Shown: positions 1 through 11,440, numbered from the stretch's first letter. The stretch is DNA of 64,000 bases from a virus (IMGVR_UViG_3300035501_000922), one strand, 5' to 3'. A program made the numbers and translations. Notes: generated from the letters alone by a model not told the origin.

Positions 1-64
1 GCTTTAGAATAGATTTGAAACAATTCCTTAATGGAGCTAATCTAATATGAGAGGAGGAAAAATC

Positions 65-3000
65 ATGGCTGAAGACACAAAAGAGCTTGCACAAAAGTAT
101 CTGCGTAAAGCATTTGTGAATAATAGCTACAATGAATTATCTACTCATTTAGCTTTGAGAAAAACATGGGAAAATTCATTTTCATACTTGTATGCACTGC
201 AACGGTCATACATAGGATATGAAGAATATCAAATTGATTTAAAGAAAGCTGATGAAGATTACAAAGAATTACATCGGCTTTATTTTAATAAATCATATAA
301 ACCATGTTTTGATATTGAACGAAAATTTATAAATATATGCAATGATGAAGAATATCGAAAAAGTTCGTTTTATAAACAAAATATATCATTAGTTGATATA
401 TGTAATAATCCTGATATTTTTGATAAAATGCCAGTCATTATAATAGATGACCATGTTATATGGGATTATGAAATCTATATAACGGATTCATATACTACGA
501 TAATACTGTCATTATCATCTAACTTTATTTTTGAATATGAAAGAAACGGTGATAATGATAAGCGTGTATATAAAGAGCATAAGTTGCAAGTTCTTTTAAT
601 AGATAATGCATATTATCAAAGAATTGCAATTAAAAAAGAAGCATTAGGATTTAATGGTAAAAGTATTACTATCTCTGATAGTATCATAAAAGACCATTTA
701 ATAACATCAAGAACTGCAACAACAAGTTCATGTAATTATAAACAAATTCCTGATGATGATGGTATTCTGTTTTGTAGTATTCACATTCCAGTTAATAAGA
801 AAGATTATGAACTTGGAACTGTAATGATTGACATGACCAAGAATGGTTCTAGTTATAAAGCTCAGCTGACAAATGATGTGATTGAACTATTATCTGAGAC
901 AACCGAGACTTTTTATGTGTCTTTTTTCTTTTTCAATCATTTACATCTCCATACATACTATAATGGTAACAGCTATGCTACAACTGATTATCCAATTAAT
1001 GAACCAGAATTAGCATGCTTAACTCGTGAAATAAATACTGCATATAATATGCCAATACCTATCGAAAACTGTATACTCATGAAAAAAGATGCAGATGAAA
1101 AAGGTTATAAATTAATTCATAACGTTGATAATCTTGAGTTGTTTTATCCTTGTTTTTATCACGTCGCTGATAGTAATCAAAAATCGGGCAATCAGTATAA
1201 ACTTTTTTATTTTTATCAAGAAGGTTATGATTTAAAGTATACATGTATTCATGATTTCTTTTTTTACTTTGTATCTTTATCTAATGGTCGTAAAGATAAA
1301 AATATTGAGTGCATAATGGATATGTACTATAGAAAAATAGTAGAAAAAACAAATTTATCTACTGATAATGAGCATGACCAATTTTATGATATTTTAATAG
1401 ATGTTTTGACCTATTATTCATATATCCATAAATATGGTGATATTGATTTTATTCATCGATATAATGATGATAAAACATATACCATGCTAAAAAATAAATC
1501 TATTGAGTATAAAAATGAAACCTTACGTGAATGGATTAAAAAAGAACCATTTGTATTACGTGATTATGTTTTAGAGCAAAAGAAAAAAGGTTGTTCATTC
1601 TATATATTTACGAATACTGTTGATTTATCATCAAGAAAGAGAAATGACATATCCACGGAATTTCCTGATATCGTTGACCCTCATACTTTTACTGAACCAC
1701 ATTATGTATTTAGCACACTCAATGACGAAGAACTTGACCATGATTTAAATATTCGTGTTTTTGTTGATGGTTTATTCGTTGAGGATTTATATCAAAAACG
1801 AAAAGAATACACACAGTATATCTACATTCCAGCATCTATGATAACTGAAGATAGTTTTATCGAAGTTGAATTTGTAAGAGATTTTCATGTAGTAGATAGA
1901 AACGTTACATTTGATTCTTTAGATAGCAAGAAATCATTCGTTATTGCGTCTAAAGATTTTAATGTCACACCAACTAATGCCGATTTAGTAGTTTATGATG
2001 ATAAAGAAACTGGTACTGTAAATCGTTATGATACAGGTTTTTTTGATATAGATATAACTAACGAATATGGAGAGTTTAAAACAGCACACGGTACTGCAAA
2101 GCATCCATTACGTTTTGTTAGCTTATCAAAATTTACACTTCAACCAAATGACGAAGAGGTGTTAAATAAACCGTTAAAAATTAGACTATCGAAATCTGCG
2201 GAAGGTATTAGGTACATTGTACCTAGAGATGGAGAGGTCTTTCTTGAATTTGTTGATAATAGTTTTGGATATAATAAAGATTTTATTCGTGTTTATCATA
2301 ACGGAAGAATCATGCCAAGACAAAAATATATGTTTTATCCAATGTATCATTATCCAAGAATACGTTTTCTTGATGAAATGAAGAAGGATGATGTATTATA
2401 TATTGATGTATCTCCTTACAGATACACACAGGTTTATTATCAAGAAGATATATCTCCCACTGAAGATATACTCGATTTAAAAACGATTTTAAATAAGCCA
2501 TTTGATATTCGTTATTATGACGTGTACTTGAATGGTAGAAAACTAAGTATAAATAATGCTATTACCATGGACCCATGGTCTATAAAATTTATTAACCTAC
2601 ATTCAAAATATAACTTACTTATTTTTGAAAAAGAACGAGACTACGAATACTATGGTGTTGATTATACACTTGAACAGTTCTATTTTACAATTGAAGAATT
2701 TTTCAAGAGAACATACATGACTGATTCAGAAAAAGAAAAAGTTATGAATTTCCTTATTGAAACTCGAAAAGAAGATGAACGTGTTAAAGTTGGAGATAAT
2801 GTCAACGACGAAGATAAAGAAGATTATCCTGATATAGGAGAGAAGTATATATACTACTTATTTGATTCATTCTATTATGATGAATTAATACCGAAAACGT
2901 TTATGAATCCAGATATTGGTCAGCTTTCGTTTTTAGTAATGTATGAGTGGTATAGAGAAATTTATGATTTATATTTGACATCACCATATTTAAGTTCGTG

Positions 3001-3238
3001 TGAAGATGAACCTAACGCAAAAAGACGCAGATCAGACTATATGGATTGTATATGCTTAAATCCAGATTTACAATATGATGGATTAGGTAAAAACGGTTCA
3101 CAGTTGGTATATAGCGTAGGTCATTTAAATGAAATATCTAAGGCAATAAGAGATATGGAAATTGAAATAAAGACACGAATTACCGTTGATAAATATGTAA
3201 AAGATGACTTAGATAAAGATGAAGAATTGGAGGTGTAA
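65..3238 (+). CDS. Large hypothetical protein, probably virion structural (jumbo phage)
   Basis: ~1057 aa ORF; GAGGAGG RBS favours ATG 65; late-type promoter AACA-N6-TA at 19-30. Confidence 0.6.
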   Translation: MAEDTKELAQKYLRKAFVNNSYNELSTHLALRKTWENSFSYLYALQRSYIGYEEYQIDLKKADEDYKELHRLYFNKSYKPCFDIERKFINICNDEEYRKSSFYKQNISLVDICNNPDIFDKMPVIIIDDHVIWDYEIYITDSYTTIILSLSSNFIFEYERNGDNDKRVYKEHKLQVLLIDNAYYQRIAIKKEALGFNGKSITISDSIIKDHLITSRTATTSSCNYKQIPDDDGILFCSIHIPVNKKDYELGTVMIDMTKNGSSYKAQLTNDVIELLSETTETFYVSFFFFNHLHLHTYYNGNSYATTDYPINEPELACLTREINTAYNMPIPIENCILMKKDADEKGYKLIHNVDNLELFYPCFYHVADSNQKSGNQYKLFYFYQEGYDLKYTCIHDFFFYFVSLSNGRKDKNIECIMDMYYRKIVEKTNLSTDNEHDQFYDILIDVLTYYSYIHKYGDIDFIHRYNDDKTYTMLKNKSIEYKNETLREWIKKEPFVLRDYVLEQKKKGCSFYIFTNTVDLSSRKRNDISTEFPDIVDPHTFTEPHYVFSTLNDEELDHDLNIRVFVDGLFVEDLYQKRKEYTQYIYIPASMITEDSFIEVEFVRDFHVVDRNVTFDSLDSKKSFVIASKDFNVTPTNADLVVYDDKETGTVNRYDTGFFDIDITNEYGEFKTAHGTAKHPLRFVSLSKFTLQPNDEEVLNKPLKIRLSKSAEGIRYIVPRDGEVFLEFVDNSFGYNKDFIRVYHNGRIMPRQKYMFYPMYHYPRIRFLDEMKKDDVLYIDVSPYRYTQVYYQEDISPTEDILDLKTILNKPFDIRYYDVYLNGRKLSINNAITMDPWSIKFINLHSKYNLLIFEKERDYEYYGVDYTLEQFYFTIEEFFKRTYMTDSEKEKVMNFLIETRKEDERVKVGDNVNDEDKEDYPDIGEKYIYYLFDSFYYDELIPKTFMNPDIGQLSFLVMYEWYREIYDLYLTSPYLSSCEDEPNAKRRRSDYMDCICLNPDLQYDGLGKNGSQLVYSVGHLNEISKAIRDMEIEIKTRITVDKYVKDDLDKDEELEV

Positions 3239-3243
3239 CTTAG

Positions 3244-4533
3244 ATGCCAGTAAGAATAATTGATTCATCTGATAGACCAACGTACGTGGAAAAACCAGAT
3301 ATACGTTTTGCTACAACATTTCTTAGTCATGAATATCGTGATTATTCAGTAGAGGGTGAAGCCCTCATGGATAAAATGACAGGTGAACTTTTTATAAAGA
3401 GACCTGAAGATGGTCGTGTATTAAGCTTTGAGCAAAATAAAAAATATGCATATGACCAAGTCTTAGAACTTCGTGTTCTATTAACTAACAATGAGGAATT
3501 TACATACCCTAAAAATAGTACTGATGCATTTTATGTATCTACAAATTATGACTTAGTTACTATCAATAAAGAAGTTGTAAATGATGTACTTAAAACAGAA
3601 AATACTGTAATAAGTGTCGAAGGAAGTAGTGATATTGATTTACGTAACACTCTTTCTTTTAATATATCAGGTTACTGTAATGGTTTCTTCTGTTGTCCTA
3701 TTACACGTGATTGTGATAAAATGGCTGTAGAGATTCTGAGTAGTATGTATAATAACATAGTTCAGAATTATGAAGGAAGCGATAACAAAATAAGAAGTGA
3801 ACAGTCAAAATTCACATCTATTCAGAAATGGGAAGACAGCGATATAATTCTAACATATACTGCAGATATTACAGAAAACGGAGTAACTAAATCATATACA
3901 TTAACAGATTACATCCGTTTCAATGAACAGATGGGTGTGCTAATTCCTACAGATGTATTAGCAAATTATCCTTATGGATACGATTCTATAAAAATTACAA
4001 TTAAAAAACTTGAATATTACAAGATGCATTTTGTAATGGGTCTATCAAAATCTATTACAGGTATTGATGACATGTATGAAAATATCAAAGAGTACCTCTG
4101 TCCTGATGGTAAAATTTATGTCAACTATCTTAACATAGTTAGCTTTGTTGATAGTTATAAGGATATAAGATTACTGGGAAATGAAACTAATGTAGGTTTT
4201 CTTGATATCCCATATGTTAGACGATACATGACAAAACTTGCTAAATTAAAGAAAAATTCTGATTTTATTCAGTCAACTGCAAGACCTTCAGAAGATGACT
4301 GGGGAGCTAATGCGGTTTGGGCTGAAATGCTTAGAGATGTAAAAAGCAGAGGAGAAGTTACATATAGAAATAGTGAGACTGATTTGAAAGAATTGGAAAT
4401 ACTGATTTCTAAGAATGACTTCGATATCGTTAATATTAATCCTGATTTCAATGCTGTTAATGATATATGGATTGAAAACCTTGGTGATGTTGAAGTTAAC
4501 ACAGAGGAGAGTGATACTAATGAAAGTTCTTGA
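3244..4533 (+). CDS. Hypothetical protein, probably virion structural
   Basis: 429 aa ORF, GGAGGTG RBS, same operon as upstream gene. Confidence 0.55.
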   Translation: MPVRIIDSSDRPTYVEKPDIRFATTFLSHEYRDYSVEGEALMDKMTGELFIKRPEDGRVLSFEQNKKYAYDQVLELRVLLTNNEEFTYPKNSTDAFYVSTNYDLVTINKEVVNDVLKTENTVISVEGSSDIDLRNTLSFNISGYCNGFFCCPITRDCDKMAVEILSSMYNNIVQNYEGSDNKIRSEQSKFTSIQKWEDSDIILTYTADITENGVTKSYTLTDYIRFNEQMGVLIPTDVLANYPYGYDSIKITIKKLEYYKMHFVMGLSKSITGIDDMYENIKEYLCPDGKIYVNYLNIVSFVDSYKDIRLLGNETNVGFLDIPYVRRYMTKLAKLKKNSDFIQSTARPSEDDWGANAVWAEMLRDVKSRGEVTYRNSETDLKELEILISKNDFDIVNINPDFNAVNDIWIENLGDVEVNTEESDTNESS

Positions 4534-5386
4534 AGTAAGTAATTTAACATTGGACCCTGATAATTCTGAAGAATATTTAGTTGTGCCTGATGAAAGTACA
4601 ATAACGAAAAATGTAAAGTATCCTCTTTTTTTGGGTAGATTGGATCTTCTGTGGATTATGAAAGACGTTGATATTTATAAAGCGAATATATTACCATATG
4701 TTGATCTCACTGAAGAAGAATATGAGTCACTTGATTGGGAGGCAAATACGATTTATCGTATTATCGACAATAGTCGAATTGTTAAATTATTCTTTAATGG
4801 AACCGAATATGGAACAACTACAGAAGTACAGCAAATGGTCGGTAACGCTACACTCTTCTTAAGTGAAGATGGTGTAATTTATACTGATTTAATTTCCGAT
4901 AATACTAAGTTGAAAGTTGATTCTGCCATCGAGAGTGATATGTTATCATCTAATACTAGATTGAAAGTGACTTCTGCTGCTGAGGGTGCTGTGGTAACAA
5001 CTGAAGTAGTACAAAGTGGTATAAACACTATAGATATTACAAATCTCGTGTGGGAGAGCGGTGGTGGTAACTTAAATACCGGTGTATTTGACATTTCTGT
5101 TTCAAGTCAGATAAGGTCACAGGAATACATTGAATTACCTAGTAATACGTTCGCTATTTCAGTTTCATCAAAGAGTACAAATAATAACTCAATGGGTTAT
5201 TATGCAGTATTTTATAATGAGAATAAGGAATTTGTATCATCAACTCCTTCAAAAGTTAACGGTGGTGTACAATTCTCTGTATCTGGCAATCCAGCATATG
5301 TAAGAATAATACTAGAAAATGGAAGCAATATAAGTCCAGATTCATTAGTATCATCAGTTTTAACTACATACAGTACATGGGAATAA
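4520..5386 (+). CDS. Hypothetical protein with C-terminal beta-sandwich/carbohydrate-binding-like region
   Basis: GAGGAG RBS before ATG 4520; C-terminus (IRSQEYI...YYAVFYNENKEFVS...AYVRI) resembles phage tail-associated sandwich modules. Confidence 0.5.
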   Translation: MKVLEVSNLTLDPDNSEEYLVVPDESTITKNVKYPLFLGRLDLLWIMKDVDIYKANILPYVDLTEEEYESLDWEANTIYRIIDNSRIVKLFFNGTEYGTTTEVQQMVGNATLFLSEDGVIYTDLISDNTKLKVDSAIESDMLSSNTRLKVTSAAEGAVVTTEVVQSGINTIDITNLVWESGGGNLNTGVFDISVSSQIRSQEYIELPSNTFAISVSSKSTNNNSMGYYAVFYNENKEFVSSTPSKVNGGVQFSVSGNPAYVRIILENGSNISPDSLVSSVLTTYSTWE

Positions 5387-5401
5387 TGGGAGGTAATACT
5401 T

Positions 5402-5641
5402 ATGAATAAACGAATTCGATATATACCAGACGGTGTTACAGATATTCTCATGCATGGTAAGGATTCTGATAGGACTGAGCGTGTCTTAATGCCTATAACA
5501 AGATATGATAATATTCTGAGTTCTCCGACTGTTGTTACAGAGGAGATTGAAACACACGGTGCTCCTTTCCACTTATTAGAAGTGGAAACAGTTGAAATGA
5601 CTGAAGAAGAAATCCGTAAATTATGTGGACATATAATTTAA
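5402..5641 (+). CDS. Hypothetical protein
   Basis: 79 aa, GGAGGT RBS. Confidence 0.6.
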   Translation: MNKRIRYIPDGVTDILMHGKDSDRTERVLMPITRYDNILSSPTVVTEEIETHGAPFHLLEVETVEMTEEEIRKLCGHII

Positions 5642-5659
5642 TTAAAGAGGTGATTATTT

Positions 5660-6115
5660 ATGGCAACAAAAATGAGAGCAAGACTACAAACACCTGTTGA
5701 TGAGAATGGTAATCGTAAAGACATAGCGCTTTTAACTGATGTCGATTCTGTAATGGTTGATAATGACACTACATTGCATACATATCTTGATGGTCTTAAA
5801 ACGAGTATATCTGATAATACCACAAGAATTGATAATGCTGGTGTTATGACAATATCAGTACTTGAACCTACTAACAATGGTATATGGGCAGAAATCAAAA
5901 ATCCAAGTAAAGATGATGTTGATTACACATACCTCGTGGCAGCAGGAGAAGTAAGCACTGAATGGGCTAAAAACTGGGGTGCTCGTATGATTGTCGCTGA
6001 TAATGCTGATGATTATAATTCTGCAACTATGATTAAAATTAGTGAATTAAATGCATATGACCCTGACATAGATTGGGAAATTGGCAAGTATGTATATAGA
6101 TGGCCTAAGCAATAA
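5660..6115 (+). CDS. Hypothetical protein
   Basis: 151 aa, GAGGTG RBS, followed by a terminator hairpin. Confidence 0.6.
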   Translation: MATKMRARLQTPVDENGNRKDIALLTDVDSVMVDNDTTLHTYLDGLKTSISDNTTRIDNAGVMTISVLEPTNNGIWAEIKNPSKDDVDYTYLVAAGEVSTEWAKNWGARMIVADNADDYNSATMIKISELNAYDPDIDWEIGKYVYRWPKQ

Positions 6116-6130
6116 ATATATTATTTATAT

Positions 6131-6168
6131 AAGTAATGATAACATCTTTCTTGATGTTATCATTACTT
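6131..6168. terminator. Intrinsic terminator hairpin
   Basis: Inverted repeat AAGTAATGATAACATC / GATGTTATCATTACTT. Confidence 0.75.
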
Positions 6169-6224
6169 TCTACCCTACAAATAACAAAAAGTTAACTTTT
6201 TTAATTTAGGAGGGGTAACTTTTT

Positions 6225-8264
6225 ATGGAACAACTAGAGAGGATACCTAAGAAAAAATTATTATCTGTAAAAGATATAAAAATGAAACCATTGAAAATTA
6301 AGTTTGATATAACCACATTGAATATGATTATATCATTTATTTATAAAGATAGTGTACTAAGAACAAGAAAAACACTATCTAATATTTATAAGCTTTTTAA
6401 TAATCTTGATGAAAGCATTTATGAAGACGACCCAACGTTGTTTGGAAGAGTCTGGATCATACAAAAAACACTATATGGAAAGCTAATTGATGGATTTGAG
6501 AATGATGATAACTTAAAACAATATTGTCTTGATGATATAGAGTGTGATGAATTCAGAGCAACAACGTTAAAAAATATCTTAGAAACAAAGAAAATCTCAC
6601 ATGATGAATCTAAGTATCTCATTAAAAAAATTGATGATACATTAGAATTTGGATATACTGTTACAGTTAAAGATATAATGAAACAGATTCTAAATTCTAT
6701 AGATGATGGGGATTTTAAATCATATAAAGCAGTAAGTGAAGATTTGTATAATATTGCGACTTCTGTTATTAATATCAAACGTAATACATCAAGTTTGGGT
6801 TCAGATCAAACATTCTCACTTAGTGATGAACAGTTTGATGCTGTTATTGAAGATGCAGTACAGAAGTTAAAAGATAGAAATAGAATATTCATCACAGGTA
6901 TACAAAGATGGAATACGATATTAGCACCGGGATATTTAAGCAAAAGATTATATACATATCTTGCATTTCCCGGAAAAGGTAAATCAACTATTTTACTTAA
7001 ATCTGCAATGGATATTCGTAAATATAATAAAGGGATTAAAACAAAAGATCCTGATAAAAGACCTGCTGTATTATTCTTAACCCTTGAAAATGATATCCCT
7101 GAAACTATTGAGCGTATTTATAATATGTGTGTCGATAGCGATGATATTCGTAATTATTCGCCTAAACAAATAAAGAAAAAGATGAGAGAAAAAGGTGGAT
7201 TAAAACTAAGTGATGATGATAACATCGACATTATCATTCAAGAATATAAAAACAGGGAATTAGATACAAATGATTTGTATACAATAATTAATGATTTAGC
7301 AGATGAAGGAATTGAAGTTATTACTTTAATTGTAGACTACATGAAAAGAATTAGACCAGCTGAAAGAGCTGATAGTGAAAAGACTGAGCTGAAGAATATT
7401 ACCAATGAATTAAAAGAAATAGCAAAGTATTTCGATATTTGTGTTATTTCAGCTCAACAGCTTAATCGTGTTGGTGCTAGTGTAGTAGATGCGGCTTTAC
7501 AGGCTAAAAAAGAAGATGTTACACGATTAGTTGGTAGAGATGCCATAAGTGGAGCATGGGAGATTAAAGTTTATCAATGGTCTCCCCATATAGTAATATA
7601 TGAAAAAAAAACTGTTTTAATTGCTGGAAACTCTTGTTAGGTCTTAGATACCAAAGTGTGATAATTCTAAGAATAGAGACAATCAGCAGCCAAGACTCTT
7701 TATAAGAGTAAGGTTCAACGACTATCGAAAGCATAACTTAAGAGAAATACTTAAGTGAAGAAGTGAGTAGAGTACATTATTTATATAGTGGAAACAAACA
7801 GCTCTTTATATTTGGTAATAGAATATAAAGATGAAGATATAGTCTAAACTTTGCTGAGAAGTAAAGATATACATAATAAATATAATTTATGCATTGAGAA
7901 CAGCGATTTTGTATGTATTATTAACCCTGAGGTTAAGTCTGATACAAATGAATTATTTTTAACTTTTAAAATGCTTAAAAGAAGATACAGGTCTTCGGAA
8001 GAAAATGAGAAACTTAGAAGACTTGAATATTTCAATCATCCGTTTGAACCTAATAATGAAATTAGATTATTAGATGACATAGATTTACCTAGACCTTTAT
8101 CATTGGAATCTCTTAGTACACAATTTGAAGCAATAGATGATAAGCGAGGAAAAGAGAATGCAATCAATAGAGAAGTTAAGGATAAGAAGAAAAAGAAAAC
8201 TTATGTAGAAAATGATTATGATGATTTTGAGCCTTTTGATTTTGAAAAGACATCTAATTATTAA
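6225..8264 (+). CDS. dnaB: DnaB-like replicative helicase, spliced (exons 6225-7564 and 7892-8264, 570 aa)
   Basis: Walker A AFPGKGKS, Walker B IVDY, SAQQLNR motif; removing the intron restores ...GAWEIIENSDF... in frame. Confidence 0.9.
7565..7891 (+). ncRNA. Group I self-splicing intron (IA-like, no ORF) in dnaB
   Basis: P AATTGCTGGAAA, Q AATCAGCAGC, R TCAACGACTA, S AAGATATAGTCT; P1 GGGAGAU/GUCUCCC with U.G; P10 UCAAUG/CAUUGA; terminal G at 7891. Confidence 0.93.
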
Positions 8265-8266
8265 AT

Positions 8267-8304
8267 AATAAAGACATGGAGATTTTTTTCTCCATGTCTT
8301 TATT
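8267..8304. terminator. Intrinsic terminator hairpin
   Basis: AATAAAGACATGGAGA / TCTCCATGTCTTTATT. Confidence 0.75.
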
Positions 8305-8481
8305 TATCCAGAAAATGGCTTAAGGAACATGAATTTTAATTAACTCACGGTTCCTCTTCAAAAGAGAGAGACTAAAGTCTCTTTCTTTTTTTTGTTTTTT
8401 ATATTGAAAAATACATATTGTTAACCCTTATGGTAGTTTATTAATATCTCCATGAGAGATAAATTGAAAGGACAGATTTAT

Positions 8482-9396
8482 ATGAAGAAAATTATTGTTA
8501 AGGTAAAAACAGTGGAGAAACCCAAAACTCATAATGATGAAGTGGATAGCTTAGTTGATAGCTTTGCTATGATACTATCACTTGCAGAGGGGTTGAACGC
8601 ACTCGATGAAAAATTAAAAGATCGCCCTAATAAAAAAAATAACGAATATAAGACCAATGAGTTAAAGAATGCTGTCGATAAAAATGTTGATGATGATTCT
8701 GATAATGAGCTTACTTGTATCATCAATGACTTAAATTATATAAAGATGTATAACGCCATGATTAACCTTTTTAATTGGGGTAAGCTTCATGTAGAATCCG
8801 ATAATATACATACGAAAACTATTAGTATACTCGACAGACTTATCAAGGTACTTGACTCAACTATGGAACCATCTACAACTATTGCAACGTACTATCCAAT
8901 AGCACAATTAGCAGAATGTATGTTCACTGAGGATAAGGAGATGGTTATAAATATATATACAAATATTACATCCAAGTTAATTATTGATTTATCACTTCAT
9001 AATGTTACTGTACTGGATGTAATAAACGAATTAAAAGTAATTCGTGATAATTATAAATATCAATATGACAATATACTGTCACAGTATATTAGCATCATAT
9101 CACCTACATATGGTGAGACTGCTCAGATTACATTATCTAAGTATTTAGCTATTTATCATAATGCACTGGAGAAAATCTGTAGTAAAACACCTGATAAAGA
9201 GATTACTATTACCGGTGTACTCAGCAATATTCCAAATATCGAAAACGTATACACGGATATCTATCATACTCTCCAGTTTATTGCAGAGATTATCGAAGAC
9301 GAACTTGAGTATAATTGGTTGATGGAGATTCCTGCAAAAGAACTTTTACGTATAATAAAAAAACTTGAATCACTTGTAAAGACTCAGAAAAAATGA
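8482..9396 (+). CDS. Hypothetical protein
   Basis: ~304 aa; AAAGGA RBS before ATG 8482. Confidence 0.6.
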   Translation: MKKIIVKVKTVEKPKTHNDEVDSLVDSFAMILSLAEGLNALDEKLKDRPNKKNNEYKTNELKNAVDKNVDDDSDNELTCIINDLNYIKMYNAMINLFNWGKLHVESDNIHTKTISILDRLIKVLDSTMEPSTTIATYYPIAQLAECMFTEDKEMVINIYTNITSKLIIDLSLHNVTVLDVINELKVIRDNYKYQYDNILSQYISIISPTYGETAQITLSKYLAIYHNALEKICSKTPDKEITITGVLSNIPNIENVYTDIYHTLQFIAEIIEDELEYNWLMEIPAKELLRIIKKLESLVKTQKK

Positions 9397-9430
9397 TTCA
9401 TTTAATATAAATAAAGGGGAGGTGTAAGTA

Positions 9431-9874
9431 ATGAGTGAGGTAAATACGACAGATAATGAGCAGTCATTATTTCAGTTATTTCTGGATGTAATGAATAAAA
9501 ACAAACAGAAAATACATGACGATGATATGGAAGAGCTCATAAAAAGATTAGGAAAAATATGTGCTCATTATGTCCAATATTTAGGAGATTTTGATGATAA
9601 TACGTACGTACCAATGATGATTAATTTCATCAGGTCTAATGTAATCATTGTTAGAGAACTCCGTCATCTTTATGATAATTATAGTAGCTTTATTTCATTT
9701 GAAATGATCGTACGAAGTATAATCGGATATCCATCACTACATATCAATATGATAAAAGAGATATCAGCTTTTTTATATAATAAACATCAGGACTTAATGT
9801 TTGTTACTGCATGTGATGAAATTATAAGCGCTTTAGACGAAGCATTAGAAAAGAGAACTACTTCGAATGAATAA
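9431..9874 (+). CDS. Hypothetical protein
   Basis: 147 aa, GGAGGTG RBS. Confidence 0.6.
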   Translation: MSEVNTTDNEQSLFQLFLDVMNKNKQKIHDDDMEELIKRLGKICAHYVQYLGDFDDNTYVPMMINFIRSNVIIVRELRHLYDNYSSFISFEMIVRSIIGYPSLHINMIKEISAFLYNKHQDLMFVTACDEIISALDEALEKRTTSNE

Positions 9875-9900
9875 CAATATAAAATAATTTAGTAATTTAA

Positions 9901-9932
9901 CGATTCCATTATATATTATTATAATGGAATCG
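9901..9932 (+). promoter_or_regulatory. Early-type promoter TATATATTAT embedded in a 13-bp inverted repeat
   Basis: Motif at 9910-9919; arms CGATTCCATTATA / TATAATGGAATCG; upstream of an RNAP gene. Confidence 0.55.
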
Positions 9933-9985
9933 TTGTTTATTATTAACTGAATTGATTCATAATTACATTGAAAGGAGTGTTTGTA

Positions 9986-11440
9986 ATGAGCAAGAAAAAC
10001 AAACACAAAAAGCAAAAGGTTCGTTTATCCCGTCTTAACTGGGATGTAGAATTTTGTCTGGATATCTTTAATAACAGAGGATTTGAAATTACAGAACCTG
10101 CTGAGGTGTCTTTAGATGGTTCTAAGGAAAAGAGCTTATATGGACCCCAGTCTCCACTATATGGAACAACATATTCAGACGAGCAAGCTTTTATTGAAAG
10201 ATACAGATGTAAATGTGGAGCGTTTACGTCACGTCAATTTGATGGCGAAGAATGCCCTATCTGTCATACTAAGGTAGAATTTAAAGACGCTGATGTTAAA
10301 ATGACAGGTTGGATTAACCTTGGTACTAACGTTGTTGTAAATCCTTGGTATTACAACAAACTTTGCCAAGTAATAGGAAGTAAGGTTTTCCCAGATATCG
10401 TATGTGCTAAGTACAAGATTACTACCGATGGTAAAAGAGAAAAACCTACAGAAAATGATGTGGAGGTTAAACCAAGTTCTCCGTTTGCCGGTATCGGCAT
10501 AGATGAGTTCTTTGATAACTATGAGAACATCATGATTTATTTCAAGTCAATTAAGAAGAGTAAAGCTAAATCTATTGATACTCTCATTAATGAGAAAAGG
10601 TCTGTGTTTACATCACATATACCTGTAATGTCAACTATGTTAAGACCTCAGTCGGTTACGTCTGATACTTTCTATTTTGGAAGTATGGACAAAGATGTAA
10701 ATACACTTTTTAATCTTTCTGAGAATCTTAAGAACTGTTTGGATGTAGAAAGAGACTATATCTTGTGGAGAATACAGACTAAGGTTAATGCGATGTGGCA
10801 GAAATGCTTTGCAATGCTTAATGGTAAAGAAGGTTTTATTCGTGACCAGATTTTGGGTGGTTCACTCAACTATACATCTCGTAACGTTATAGTACCTGAC
10901 CCATCATTAAAAGACGGAGAGGTTGACTTGTCATATCATACGTTTCGTGAGCTTTTTAAGCAACCAATTATTCATTATATTGCACGTCTTGATGATATCC
11001 CGTTATCTAAGGCATCTATGATATGGAGTAATTCGGTTGAGTTTGATGAAAAAGTTTATGATATTATGATGTATATAGTTGAGCATGATGATATTGCTCT
11101 TCTTATTAACCGTAATCCGACTTTGAATTACTACTCAATGCTTCTGATGAAAATCAGAAAAGTAAAGCCTGATGCAAATGACTTCTGTTTGTCAGTTCCG
11201 TTGTCAATCTTACCCGGACTGAATGCAGATTTTGACGGAGACATTTTAAATATTATCGGGCTTGTAAATAAAGCAATGGTACACATGTTTAGAAAGTTCA
11301 ATCCTGTACAACGTATGATGATTGACAGAGACAGTGGTCTGTTAAATAACTATTTCATGATCACAAAGGGTCAGCTTATTGACTTGTACCATTTCTGTAC
11401 AATTGGTGCTACGGAGAATGACCAACCTGAGACTGATTAA
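9986..11440 (+). CDS. Phage multisubunit RNA polymerase beta' N-terminal subunit (non-virion RNAP-like)
   Basis: Zn ribbon RYRCKCG...CPIC, NYTSRNVI, NRNPTL, catalytic NADFDGD; AAGGAG RBS before ATG 9986. Confidence 0.9.
   Translation: MSKKNKHKKQKVRLSRLNWDVEFCLDIFNNRGFEITEPAEVSLDGSKEKSLYGPQSPLYGTTYSDEQAFIERYRCKCGAFTSRQFDGEECPICHTKVEFKDADVKMTGWINLGTNVVVNPWYYNKLCQVIGSKVFPDIVCAKYKITTDGKREKPTENDVEVKPSSPFAGIGIDEFFDNYENIMIYFKSIKKSKAKSIDTLINEKRSVFTSHIPVMSTMLRPQSVTSDTFYFGSMDKDVNTLFNLSENLKNCLDVERDYILWRIQTKVNAMWQKCFAMLNGKEGFIRDQILGGSLNYTSRNVIVPDPSLKDGEVDLSYHTFRELFKQPIIHYIARLDDIPLSKASMIWSNSVEFDEKVYDIMMYIVEHDDIALLINRNPTLNYYSMLLMKIRKVKPDANDFCLSVPLSILPGLNADFDGDILNIIGLVNKAMVHMFRKFNPVQRMMIDRDSGLLNNYFMITKGQLIDLYHFCTIGATENDQPETD

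Noticed and set aside
7851-8264. Listed 137 aa ORF as an independent gene
   Set aside because: It is exon 2 of dnaB; its TTG start lies inside the intron.
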